This document shows, piece after piece, positions 24,072 through 36,499 of a stretch of 43,325 nt of DNA. The stretch is from Conidiobolus incongruus B7586 (taxonomy: Eukaryota), in NCBI GenBank assembly GCA_000697335.1, contig JNEM01012871.1, positions 1-43,325 of the forward strand, written 5' to 3'. The position numbers and the translations under genes were made by a program. Below the pieces are notes generated by a model that was given only the letters and a program-made list of their open reading frames with translations, ran no database searches and was not told the DNA's origin. How positions within the stretch are numbered: the stretch's first letter is position 1; the number at the start of each line of letters is the position of its first letter.

Positions 24072-27052
24072 ATGACCACAGCTATTAGTTCAGCTTCTGG
24101 ACTTTTGTCTTTACTTGATGAATCACAATCCGAGGTCCAAGTTTACGCTCTTAAAGAATTAAATGCTATTTTAGATCAATTTTGGGTAGAAATTTCCGAT
24201 TCTATCGCCAAAATAGAAATTCTTTACGAATCTGAGGGGTTCGAACAACGTCAATTGGCCGCTTTAGTAGCTTCTAAAGTTTATTTTCATTTGGGAGAAT
24301 ATGAAGAATCCTTAGCTTTTGCTTTAGGTGCTAAGGAACTTTTTGATTTATCAGAGAAGAGTCTTTACGTTGAAACTATTATTGGTAATAATTTTTATAT
24401 TTGTTTATGATAATTTTATCTGATTTAGAAATTATTAATTTAGCTCAAGCTATTCAAAAATATATTTCTTTACGTCAAGAAGCTTATATTGACCCTAAAA
24501 ATGCACCTGCTATCGATATTCGTTTGAAATCCGTTGTTGAAAAGATGTTTAATCGTTGTATTCAAGAAAAAGAATACAAACAGGTTAGTTTCAAAATCAA
24601 TAATTGGAGTTCCATAATTAAATACAAATTTTAGGCTATCGGTATTGCTATTGAAAGTCATCGCTTAGATATTCTTGATACTGTAGTTTCAGTGGGAGAC
24701 GCCCAAGAGTTACTTCAATATGTCTTGAACATTGCCCTTACTTTAGTTCGTCATATTCAATACAGAGATGAAGTTTTAACCAAATTGGTTGATATGTTCC
24801 TTCATTTGCCTAACCCTGACTATCTCTCAGTTAGTCAATGCTATGTTTATTTAAACGACCCCATTTCTAGTTCTCGATTGATCAAAAAATTGATTTCTGA
24901 AGAAAATGCTAACGAAAACAATATTTTAACTGCTTATCAAATTGCTTTCGATTTGAGAGATTCAGCTACTCAACACTTTATTAATCAATTATTAAACGAT
25001 TTCGTTCCTGTCACAGGCGAAGAGCTCAAAGATTTTTCTGATATTGACTCAATCCCAGTCGATGATTACGTCACACGCGTTAGATATATTTTGACTGGCG
25101 AACTTGGTACCAGATTATATCTCGAATTTTTGAGTCGTCACAACCATGTCGATCTTTCCATTTTACGTAATACTAAACACTCTATGGATTCTCGTAACTC
25201 TTTATGCCATTCAGCTCTCTCTTTCGCTAATGCATTCATGCACTGTGGTACTACCAGTGACCAATTTTTGAGAATGAATCTTGAATGGCTTTCCAGAGCT
25301 ACTAACTGGTCCAAGTTTACTGCTACTGCTGCCTTGGGCGTTATTCATAAGGGAAATATTCAAAACAGTATGAAATTATTGACTCCTTATCTTCCTCAAG
25401 AAGGATCTAATGGTAGTCCCTATTCTGAAGGTGGCGCCCTCCTTGGTCTTGGCTTTATTCACTCCAATCACGGTTCTGGTGTTTTACCCTATCTTCTTGA
25501 ATCTTTGAAGAATGCTAAAGTTGAAGTTATCCAACATGGTGCCGCTTTAGGCTTGGGCGTTGCTGGTATTGCTACTGATGATGAAGATATCTATGAAGCT
25601 CTCAAAGGTGTTTTATTCACTGATAGCGCTGTTGCTGGTCAAGCTGCCGGTTTAAGTATGGGTTTAATTATGCTTGGAACTGGATATACTCATGTTATCA
25701 ATGAAATGCTGCAATATGCTCATGAAACTCAGCACGAAAAAATTATTATGGGATTAAGCGTTGGTATTTCTTTAATCAACTATGGTTTACAAGAAAAGGC
25801 TGATCCCATCATTGATCAATTATGCAGCGATAAAGATCACTTACTTCGTTATGGTGGTATGTACACTATTGCTATGGCCTATTGTGGCACTGGTGATAAT
25901 AAGATGATCCGTCGTTTACTTCACGTTGCTGTTAGCGATGTCAGTGATGATGTTCGTCGTGCTGCTGTCACTGCCCTTGGTTTCATTCTTTTCAAGACTC
26001 CTGAACAGGTTCCTCGTGTTGTTCAACTTCTTTCTGAAAGTTACAATCCTCATGTCCGTTATGGTGCTACCTTGGCTTTAGGTATCTCTTGCGCTGGTAC
26101 TGGATTAGCTGAAGCTATTGAAATCTTAGAACCTATGACCAAAGATCCCATGGACTACGTTCGTCAAGGTGCTTTAATTGCTCTGGCCATGGTTCTCATT
26201 CAACAAACAGATGCTTCTAACCATAAGGTTGGTGTCGTTCGCAAGCTTTATGAATCTATTTTATCTGACAAGCATGAAGATTTGATGGCCAAGTTTGGTG
26301 CTTCTCTTGGTCAAGGTATTATTGATGCTGGTGGCAGAAATCTTACTATCTCTCTTCAATCTCAACTGGGTTGCATTAACATGCCAGCAATCGTTGGTAT
26401 GGCCTTATTCACTCAATTTTGGTTTTGGTTCCCAATGGCTCACTTTATCTCTTTGGCTTTCAAACCCACTACCATTATTGGTATTGACCAAAGTCTCAAA
26501 GTTCCTGAATTCTCCTTCAAATCTAATGCTCGTCCCTCTTTATTTGCTTATCCACCCAAATTCAAGGCTCCTACCGCTAGTGTTGTAGAAAAGGCTGCTA
26601 CCGCAGTCCTTTCGACCACAGCTAAAGCTAAGGCCAGAGCTAAGAAGCGTGAAAAGTCACAGGATATCGATGCTATGGATATCGATGAAAAGACAGAAAA
26701 TCCCACTGTCGAAGAACCCAAGCCCATAAAATCCAAGAAAGAAGATAAGGATCAAGCCACATCTGCCGATCAAACATCTGAAACTGTTTCCAATATGCAT
26801 CGTGTTGTTCCCTTCCAAATCCAGCATATTCAATTCTTGGATTCCAGTAGATACCAACCCATCAAACAGCCAGTTGGAGGTTTCATAATGCTCGCGGACA
26901 AGAAGCCCCATAGACCTCCTCGCTACATATACCCCAAACCTCCCTCCGAAAAGAAGGAAGAGAAGAAGGCTGCCGCCATTTCAGAAGCTGCTTCCACATC
27001 AGCTCAACCAGCTGCTCCCACTACACAAGAGTCCAGTGGAAACACCGAATGA
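24072..27052 (+). CDS. RPN2: 26S proteasome regulatory subunit Rpn2 (PSMD1), 3 exons, ~956 aa
   Basis: Exons 24072-24384, 24444-24583 and 24635-27052. N-terminal SSASGLLSLLDE, ASKVYFHLGEY, WLSRATNWSKFTATAALGVIH, PC repeats, LLHVAVSDVSDDVRRAAV and QGIIDAGGRN. Confidence 0.96.
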
Positions 27053-28552
27053 GTAATTGCAAAATGCAAATGACTTTTTATATTATAAAATATTTTGATT
27101 AATTTTTTTATTATCTAAAATGTGTAATCGACTTATATTATGTTGCTATTTTTATTTATTGATAATATAATATATCAAAAATGTTTTAGACTCATAATAT
27201 TATTTATATTTCCTAGAATTGGGCAAAATATTCAAATTTGGCTAATTTTCAATTGAGCTTTTTCGAATTCGAATCATATTTGATATAATTAATAATCGAT
27301 TAATAGATTGAAATTTTTTTTTGTAAAATTATTTTTAATAACTTTAAGTAGTAAAAATATTAAATGAATAATTGAATAAATTTTAATGTTTAATTCCAGT
27401 ATCTTAATTTTGAAAAATCATGTTAAAATGTCGCAAACTTGAGATAGTTTTAATATTGTATTCACAATAAATTAACATTTTAATATAATTAAAATATTAA
27501 ATTGATTATCATCATCATGGTATATAAAATATCTTTAAAACATTTATAATTTTTACCTTATTAAACTAATTTAAACTTATTATTAATAATGGGATGACAT
27601 TGTGATAAAGAAAAATGAAATATGTTAAATCATTTTCAACAAGTAATGAAATTTCATTAATCTTTTTTAGCAATTGTAAATCATTTTGGTTAATACACTC
27701 ATCATTATTTGAATATTAATAAACATATATACAATTATCATTAAAAAGCAAAGCTTAATGAATATTTTGGGATATATTATGATCTAATCAATTATTATAA
27801 ATCGATATATAAATTATATTATAGATATTAAAAATATAGTTTCAACTCTCAAAATTTGATAAAAAACGAACTATTTATATATTGAATATGATTCAAGTTT
27901 CTTTAATTGATAAATATAAGTATTCATTTTTATAAGTGTTATATTAATATCAACGAATTGATCATTGATTATATTTACTCAATAATAGTTATTTTTACTA
28001 TTTTTTATAATATTGAAAAGAATATTATTATGAATGGTAAAATAACTTTTTTAGTTAAACTAATTTTTTAAATTTTGAATAAATATATTGAGTGATATCA
28101 AAACAGTAATATTCATTCAATATCATTAGCTTATAATATATTAATTACTTATCAATATTCTATGAAGTATCGAATAATTACGCATTTCAAATACCATTCC
28201 ATTAACAGTAACAAAACATGAAATTTGGATTAAAATTCGACAACCACAAAAAAAAACCAAAAGTTTACCCATAAAATCAAAAGTTAGATACCAAATTAAT
28301 ATTCATGGACTCGTTTTGAACCCAAAAATTCAATTCACAATTCTTATCTGTGAAAAAAATATATATTAACCTAAAATCAATATTTAGGTTGAACTTATTC
28401 AACTCTCCCTCTCACCTAAAAATAATTCTTAAATTATATATCTATACATTAATTATAAATATTTTAGTTAGTTTGATTCTAATAAAATCTATAATAATTG
28501 ATAATTGGATTGATATATTAAATTTTTAAATAATTAAAAGAATATTTAAAAT

Positions 28553-31500
28553 ATGTCGGATGCTAAATATTTTCAAAGAGGTAAATATAAAAAGATATAT
28601 ATATATATTATTAATAATGATCCATACTATTTCTTTTAAAATGTTATTGACTCATATTTTTATAGGTAAAATTCAGGAGCTTAGAAGTGAGTTAAACTCA
28701 GATAAAAGAGATCCTAAATTCGTCAAAAAGAAGACTACTTTAAAGAAAATAGTAGCAAATATGACTATGGGGAACGATATGTCCGGTTTATTTCAAGATG
28801 TGGTGGGTTGTATGAATTTGAATATTCTAGAAATTAAAAAGATGGTGTATTTGTACCTTATTAACTATTCCAAATCCAAACCCGAGCAGGCTGCCCAAGC
28901 TGCTCACTACTTTTTGAGAGATGCTAGTGATCCCAACCCCTTAATTAGGGCTTTGGCTCTTAGGACTATGGGGTATATTCACGTGGATAAGATTACCGAG
29001 AGTTTGATAGAACCTTTGAGGCAAGGCTTACAAGATCAAGATCCCTACGTGAGAAAGACCGCTGCCGTTTGTGTTGCTAAATTGTATATCCACAATCGTC
29101 AATTGGTGAATGATGAGGGCTTTATCCCGATGCTTAAGGACCTTTTACTCGATCCCAATCCAGCTGTCGTTGCCAATGCTGTGTCATCTCTCGCCGAAAT
29201 ATCCGAAAGGTCTCCCGATCTGACACTGCAACTGAATATGCGCATTGCTAGTAAACTCATCGCTGCTTTGAACGAATGTTCGGAATGGGGTCAAGCTTAC
29301 GTCTTAGATACTTTACTTTACGTCGTTCCCCAAGAGCCTGGAGATGCCGAAATGTTAGCAGAACGTATTGCACCTCGTCTCCAGCATGCCAACTCCAGCG
29401 TTGTGTTAAATGCCATTAAATTGATTATTTACCTGATGAATTATATGGGGAACGAACAAGATGTCAAAAACTTTACCAAAAAACTGTCACCTCCTCTCGT
29501 CACTTTATTATCTAGCGGTCCCGAAGTACAATACGTGGTCCTTCGTAACATTTTACTCATCATTCAAAAGCATCCAACCATACTTCAGGGCGAAATCAAG
29601 GTGTTCTTCTGTAAATATAACGATCCCATCTATGTTAAGTTAGCCAAATTGGAAATCATCTTCAGACTGACCACTGCCGAAAATGTGAATCAAGTGTTGA
29701 GCGAATTGGTCGAATACGCCTCAGAAGTCGATGTCGATTTCGTCAGAAAGTCAGTGAGAGCCATTGGACGTCTCGCCATCAAGATTCCCTCAGCTACTCA
29801 GAAGTGTATCTCATCCTTACTCGATCTAATTCAAACTAAGGTTAATTATGTTGTTCAAGAAGGTATTGTCGTCATCAAGGACATCTTTAGAAAGTATCCC
29901 AACAAGTACGAAAGTATCATTGGCAAATTATGTGAAAACCTAGATACATTGGACGAGCCCGAAGCTAAAGCTGCCATGATTTGGATTCTTGGTCAATATG
30001 CCGATCGTATCGAGAATTCTGATGAAATTTTGGATGGCTTCTTAGAAAACTTTTTGGAAGAAACACCCGAAGTACAATTATCGCTACTAACAGCAGTAGT
30101 CAAATTATTTATCAAGAGACCGACAGCTGGTCAAAATCTTGTCCCCAAAGTGTTGAAATGGTCTACCGACGAAGTAGACAATCCCGATTTGAGAGACCGA
30201 GGATTTATTTATTGGCGTCTCTTGTCCGTTGACCCAGCAGCCGCTAAAACCATTGTGCTCTCAGAGAAACCTGAAATTTCTACAGAAACTGAAAACATTG
30301 AAAAGACACTATTGGATGAACTTTTATTTCATATTTCTACCCTGTCTTCTGTTTATCACAAAGTTCCCGGGTCATTTATCCCCAATGCTAAGCCTAGATA
30401 TCTCATTCAATCTAAAGTTTTATACTGCTTGGTTTATAAAGGAGATAATGAAAATGACAAGCAATCTGCTCCTACTCAAAAACAAATTCAACAAGCTCCC
30501 ATTGAAGAACAGCAAACTACATTCCCTCAAACCTTTGATACTAATAACTTTAACAATGATATCAACTTGGATAATGACTTTTTCAATAATGACTATGTCA
30601 ATACAGCTGCTCCTGTTCGCAACAACCATATGGTTGATCTTTTGGAATTTGATGATGGTAATTTCGACTCACCAATGGGCCAAATTTCATCCACTGTGGA
30701 CTATGGCAACTCTGAAATGGCCCAATCCAATATCTCTTACGAATCCAACTTACTTGGCCAAAGTGGTTACAACTCTGTGTCATCCATTACTGGTGCCAAC
30801 ATGGCTACCCCTTACGATCCCTATAAGTCTAGTCAGTTCCCAGGCTATGCTACCAGCAAGAGTATTTTTGGTTTGAATGACGACTCCAATTCCAATTCCT
30901 TGATCCTTGGTCAAAACCCTTCATTAACACCAAACAATGCCAACTCACCCTTCGCATCCCACTCTCAATCTGGCCAATTCTCCCAATCCAATTACAATTC
31001 ATTCTCCGACTTCAACACTACCTCCAACTCCTCATTCTACACCGCCAACGCATCTCAGTCCATGACCACTTCCTCAACATCCAACTTCGATCTCCTTTCC
31101 GACTTTTCATCTAATACTATAGGTGGGTCCAGTTCAAACTTCAATTCTGTTGCTTCCAGAAGTAATTCCACTCCATTTGACAATTCCTCTTCGTTAATGG
31201 GAGATAATAGCTTGAATTCTTATCCTATCAGAAGTCATACTACTCCATTTGACAAATCTCAGAATTTGATTAACGATTTGGGTAAGTATTAGAATAACTT
31301 TCAAATAATCATAGTCTGACGTTTTGTTTAACATAGGCTTAGGTATTGATCATTCCAGTTATTCCAAGATTGACAATGATCCCCGGTCCACTTCCCTTTT
31401 CACAACTCCTAACGTTAATCAATCCGATTTCTTATCCAACAGTATGAATAACTTGGCTTTGGAAACTGCTTATGTTGCTCCTAAGACTAAATTGTTAGAC

Positions 31501-32228
31501 GCTCAATCCAGTCAAGGTTTAGAGATTTTTGGCACGTTCGCTCGTAGGAAAGGTCAAATCCAAATGGAATTACGTCTCGTCAACCGTAACAACGTCCCCT
31601 TGTCAGACTTTGCCCTCCAATTCAACAAGAACCCATACGGTATCACACTGAAGGATCCTCTATACGTCCCAACGCCTCTCGCTCCCATGCAAAGTCACGA
31701 TGTAGTGGTCAACTTGAGTCGCAATGGACCCACAGGACCTTGCACGCCTCCCAATCTACTTCAACTGGCATTCAAATCCAACCTGGGAATATTCTACACG
31801 CAGACCACTGTTTCATTGCATGTACTTTTCAGCGAAGAAGGCTGCCTAGACCAAACGGATTTCCTCAACCAATGGCATCAGTGGTCCGATATGGAAGAAC
31901 GACGCTTTGAGGTGTATGGCATCCCATCCATCCCCAGTGTCAAGGCACTCAGGAATAAGTTGCATCTAAACAATGTGTTCACTGTTGCGGATCGTAATAT
32001 CGATGGCAAGGTAATTCATCCTCATATACTTATATTACAATTCAATTAATATATTTCGTTTAGAACTATTTATTCATTTCACTCCAACTCGACGACTCTA
32101 CCCTCTTCCTCGTCGAACTCACATTCTCTCAAATTCCGGTGACTTCGTGCTCCGTTAGCATCAAACCTAGCAATCATCCATCCGTTCAATTGGTGAACGA
32201 AGCTTTGCAAAATATTTTAAAATCTTAA
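28553..32228 (+). CDS. APL1: Adaptor protein complex beta subunit, most likely AP-2 beta (Apl1), with long hinge and appendage; 4 exons, ~1160 aa
   Basis: Exons 28553-28580, 28666-31281, 31337-32010 and 32064-32228. Adaptin N motifs ([71 protein letters not shown]). The start [16 protein letters not shown] resembles fungal AP-2 beta. C-terminal appendage [11 protein letters not shown]...FALQFNKN. Confidence 0.9.
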
Positions 32229-32450
32229 TTTAATAATATTAAAATTGTAATGGATTTATTTACCAATTATATTGAGTTTTAATATATTGCTTTTCTTATC
32301 AATATGCAATGATTGAAATTTTGTTGTTTTTTCGGTTTAATTCAAATATTTTTGCCTTAAAACCGTGATGGTATCATCGAATCATAAATTAGCAATTTAA
32401 TATATTGATTATTAATGATTTAATAATGGCAAAATGTTTTTAAACAAATA

Positions 32451-32455
<5 letters not shown>

Positions 32456-32487
<32 letters not shown>
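32456..32487. repeat. (AT)16 microsatellite
   Basis: Perfect alternating AT run upstream of the OYE gene. Confidence 0.9.
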
Positions 32488-32490
<3 letters not shown>

Positions 32491-32698
32491 AGATAACATC
32501 AAAGAATTTCTAATTATCAAATTATATCAATTAATTTTTTAAATATTTTATATTTTAAAATTTCATTCTAAAGTTTACAGTTTAATTCTCTTTTAGAAAT
32601 TTGTGATTTTAAGTTACACAAACAAATCATTTGAATTTCAATATAAATTATGAAATGACCACGAAACATTGAATTTTATTTTTAAATTATAAAATACA

Positions 32699-33889
32699 AT
32701 GGTTCATAATCCCAAACAATTTTATCAGCCTATTAAAATCCCACCAGGTCAAGTTGTATTAAAAGACGATGAAACAGTAGACACTATTCCAAAGTTATTG
32801 CAGCCTATCACCATCAAGTCAGTTACCTTGGCTAACAGATCAGTTGTGAGTCCCATGTGTATGTACTCCAGCGAAGATGGTTACTTAACCGATTTCCATC
32901 TCGTACACTACGGAAGATTCGCCTTGGGTGGAGCTGGTTTAATTATTGTAGAAGCTACCGCAGTACAACCCAATGGAAGGATTACACCTAACTGTGCAGG
33001 TATCTACTACGACGATCACGTGCCCACCCACAAGAGAGTGGTGGATTTCGTTCATAATGTTGGAGGCAAGATCGGGATTCAAATCGGGCACGCCGGTCGT
33101 AAGGCGAGTACGCTACCGCCATTTCACGAACGTTCCAGAGGAATCGCTTACGCCGAGGATGGTGGCTGGTCCAACGTCGTAGGTCCAAGTGACGAGATTT
33201 GGGCCCAGCAGGGATTCTTACCGCCTCAAGAGCTTACGAAAGAACAAATTAAAGAGCTCATTGAGGCGTTCAAAGATGGTGCCAGACGAGCCAACGAAGC
33301 TGGCTATGATGTATTAGAACTGCACGGTGCTCACGGCTACTTGATCCACTCCTTTGTGAGTCCCATATCGAATCACAGGACCGACGAGTACGGCGGCAGT
33401 TTCGACAACCGTGTGCGATTCCTTTTGGAGATCGTCGATGCTGTCAACCTCGTATGGCCTCAGAACAAGCCCCTATTTGTGCGCTTGAGCTGCACTGACT
33501 GGGTAGATGCCAGCGACACTTGGGATTTGGACCAAACCGTCCAGTTGAGCCAACTTCTCAAACAAAAGAATGTTGATCTGATCGATTGTTCATCTTCTGG
33601 AAACTCTCCACTCCAAAAGATCCCAGCTGCTCCAGGGTTCCAAGTACCATTTGCCGAACGTATTCGTAAGGATGTAGGAATTTTGACTGGTGCTGTAGGA
33701 CTCATCACCACCGCCAAGGATGCTAATAAATATTTAGAAGATGGCAAAGCTGACTTAATTTTTATGGCGCGTGAATACTTGAGGGATGATGCTTTCGTCA
33801 ATACTGCTGGTCTCGAATTGGGTGTTCATGTGAAGTGGTCCAACCAATTTGAGAGAGGAAGGCCTCGACCTAAGCATGAAGCTTTTTAA
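32699..33889 (+). CDS. NADH:flavin oxidoreductase / Old Yellow Enzyme (YqjM/NamA-like subgroup)
   Basis: LANRSVVSPMCMYS, GLIIVEATAVQPNGRI, QIGHAGRKAS, ELHGAHGYLI, NHRTDEYGGSFDNR, PGFQVPFAERI, and a C-terminal QFERG arginine-finger motif. Intronless, 396 aa. Confidence 0.93.
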   Translation: MVHNPKQFYQPIKIPPGQVVLKDDETVDTIPKLLQPITIKSVTLANRSVVSPMCMYSSEDGYLTDFHLVHYGRFALGGAGLIIVEATAVQPNGRITPNCAGIYYDDHVPTHKRVVDFVHNVGGKIGIQIGHAGRKASTLPPFHERSRGIAYAEDGGWSNVVGPSDEIWAQQGFLPPQELTKEQIKELIEAFKDGARRANEAGYDVLELHGAHGYLIHSFVSPISNHRTDEYGGSFDNRVRFLLEIVDAVNLVWPQNKPLFVRLSCTDWVDASDTWDLDQTVQLSQLLKQKNVDLIDCSSSGNSPLQKIPAAPGFQVPFAERIRKDVGILTGAVGLITTAKDANKYLEDGKADLIFMAREYLRDDAFVNTAGLELGVHVKWSNQFERGRPRPKHEAF

Positions 33890-34096
33890 TTAGTTTATCA
33901 ATATAAATCACTAATTTAACAACTTTAGTTGATGACTGATATTATTTAATATACATGTTATATATTTTTAATGATTACGTTAATAATAATTAATTTATTT
34001 AATAATATATAATATTAATTTTTATATTAATCAATTTTAAATTATATAAATTATTGTAATTTCATTAAAAATGATTATATTACATCAATATTTCAA

Positions 34097-35718
34097 TTAT
34101 TTTGAATTTTCAATAACAATACCTAAAAGTTCCCAAGCTCTATGAAATTCTTTGGAAGTTAACTCATCAGTTTGATAATTTTTGCGTAATACTTTAAACA
34201 TCGACTGCAAAATATCTTCCAAGTTGGAATCGTCTTCATCATCGTCTTCCGGATTGAAACCCTTGAAAATTTTTATATTGAGATGGTTTGATTGAATGGT
34301 TTGCTTCAGGCCTTCAAAAGTTATCGTATCACTGTTTTTAGGGAAGAATAATTCCAGTGTTTCAGATATTAATTTCGTTGGCAATTTGTCAATATTCTTT
34401 AACTTGTTGCGGGAATTAGATAGGTTGGGGCTTTTGGAAGACGATCCCGACGTCCTGAAATCATTTATACGGAATTTGCGTCGTTCTTTCGTCAGATCTG
34501 GCATCTCTGAACCCCATCCTGGTAGTCTTATAACCTAATATTAATTAGTATTGGTGCTAATTTATATTTTGAATAAATTACAATTGCACTACAATTATCT
34601 TGTGCCCCGAACATTTCAGCTAATTTCACTACTTCTACAGCCGCTGATGTGGGATCGGGACAGGTTTTTATCTAAATTAAAGAATTAAGATGAAAAGCTG
34701 ATCAATTATGAAATCATAATGAAATTACAATATCAACAATCTCCTGGTCCGAAATAACTGATAAAATCCCATCCGTTACCAAAGTTAAAAAAGCCAAATC
34801 GTCTCCACTATAATTCCTCGAGGTGGTATCAGGCTCAGCAATCACTCCATATTTTTTGGCGGATAAATCACCAAATGCTCGGGTGTTGGCGAATTTCCCC
34901 ATTGTCATATCTTCGCCAAACGAGTCGGTGATGATGAACCCGCCCAGGGATTTGATTCTAGCTCGCTCTTTCGGTAGGGAGGGATGGTGCTCCACCGATA
35001 TGACTTCGGATCTTCCTGTCTTGGTGTGGCAAACGATAGCCCTAACCAATTAATCAGTGTAATTATACAAAAGGTATAAAAATTACCTAGTATCTCCCAC
35101 ATTAGCCAACGTAATCGTATATTTCTTTGATTCCCAAAAGGGCAAATCGTCCACTGTCTTAATAATAGCTGTCGCAGCAGTCGCGCCTCCTACCAATTTT
35201 TTCTCTCTAATTTGCCAGTCGATATCGAGGTAGGTGAGACTTAACAACTGCTCAAGTGTGAGTGGCCTATCACTCAATTTGGTATCCACCCTATTCCTCA
35301 ACGTAATGGGCGCATACTTATTCCACTTGGGACCCAACCCCCTATAATTTTCAATGATTTGCTTCAAATCCTTAGGTTCAATACTCTCTAGTCTCTGGGG
35401 TAATTTGCACACCAGATGATCGACGCATTGAGAACCCCCATGCCCATCAAATAGTCCCGCGAATACCAAATTCTGAGCTGGAAACCCTTTTATACTGAGT
35501 GCTCGCACGTTATATCGGTCCTCGTTGTATTCTCTATTGTTTCGCGTCGACCTGATACCGATCAAGTGGTTGGAATTGTGTAAATTCACTTTGAGGTTGG
35601 GATTACTCCCAGGTATATAGTGATTAAAGCCATTATCAACGTTCTGGGAATAGAATCGAATAATGTAAGAAGAGATTGGTTTAATTTTTTTAATATTATT
35701 GAGTAATAGTTTTGCCAT
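34097..35718 (-). CDS. PP2C (PPM) family protein phosphatase, probably mitochondrial (Ptc6/PPM1K-like), 4 exons, ~490 aa
   Basis: Exons 35718-35087, 35041-34729, 34671-34582 and 34534-34097. Motifs REYNEDR, FDGHGG, ANVGDTRA, ERARIKSLGG, NTRAFGD, LVTDGI and QDNCSAIVI. The basic N-terminus ending IRFYS resembles a mitochondrial presequence. Confidence 0.88.
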
Positions 35719-35847
35719 TTTGTTAGAGAGAATGATGATGAATTAAAACTAGTAGAGTTGATTTATCATAAATGAAAGTTTGAAACATGTGACTTTGAAA
35801 TGATGTCATTAATTGTAATTTAAAAAGGTTTTGAGGAAATTCGACAA

Positions 35848-35919
35848 GACGTGTTGGCACAATGGTAGCGCGTCCGCCTCCAGAGCGGAAGGCTGGGAGT
35901 TCGAGTCTCTCACGCGTCA
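35848..35919 (+). tRNA. tRNA-Trp(CCA), intronless
   Basis: GACGTGTTGGCACAATGGTAGCGCGTCCGCCTCCAGAGCGGAAGGCTGGGAGTTCGAGTCTCTCACGCGTCA. Acceptor stem GACGTGT/ACGCGTC, anticodon stem TCCGC/GCGGA around CT-CCA-GA, GTTCGAGTC T-loop, followed by TTTT. Confidence 0.93.
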
Positions 35920-36499
35920 TTTCATTTATTCATCTCAATTATTGTCTCTTTTTGCATTTTCTTTTTCATTTTTTATTTAACACTTACTTAATTCATTTGA
36001 TATTTTTTACAACAAACTTATTCATTTTTAACCTTCACATTATATTATAGTCATGAATTTTTTATATTTTATAATTTTGATTAATTAAATCAATAAATCT
36101 AAAATTATTGAAATCAAGAGTGTAATTTACAAATTATACAAATCTTAATATTAATTCAATAAATATAATATTTTATATAGTGTTTTTATCATGAATTTCC
36201 TAAATTAAAATTGATATAAAAACAAAATGACTATAAGATATTATTCAAATATATTTTGTTGATAAACTTTGAAACATATTATTAAAATTTGTATATTAAT
36301 TTTTTAAAATTTTTAATAAAATTATCCTTAATATGATATAAAATTTAGAAATTTGAAACTTTGGTTAAATTTAAATATATATATTTCATTGCTCTAGATT
36401 ATAAAGATATTGAATTACTATGAATTATATAGTTTTTTGATTGTTATAATTTGTTGTTTTAATTTTATTTTTTATTTAATATGCCATTCCCAGAATCTC

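Noticed and set aside
30229..30876. 215-aa alternative-frame ORF in the adaptin gene; similarly 39175-39807 and 39886-40404 in the chitinase
   Set aside because: Off-frame ORFs inside low-complexity coding regions, with no recognisable motifs.
35723..36050. Short ORFs overlapping the tRNA-Trp
   Set aside because: Artefacts of the GC-rich tRNA sequence.
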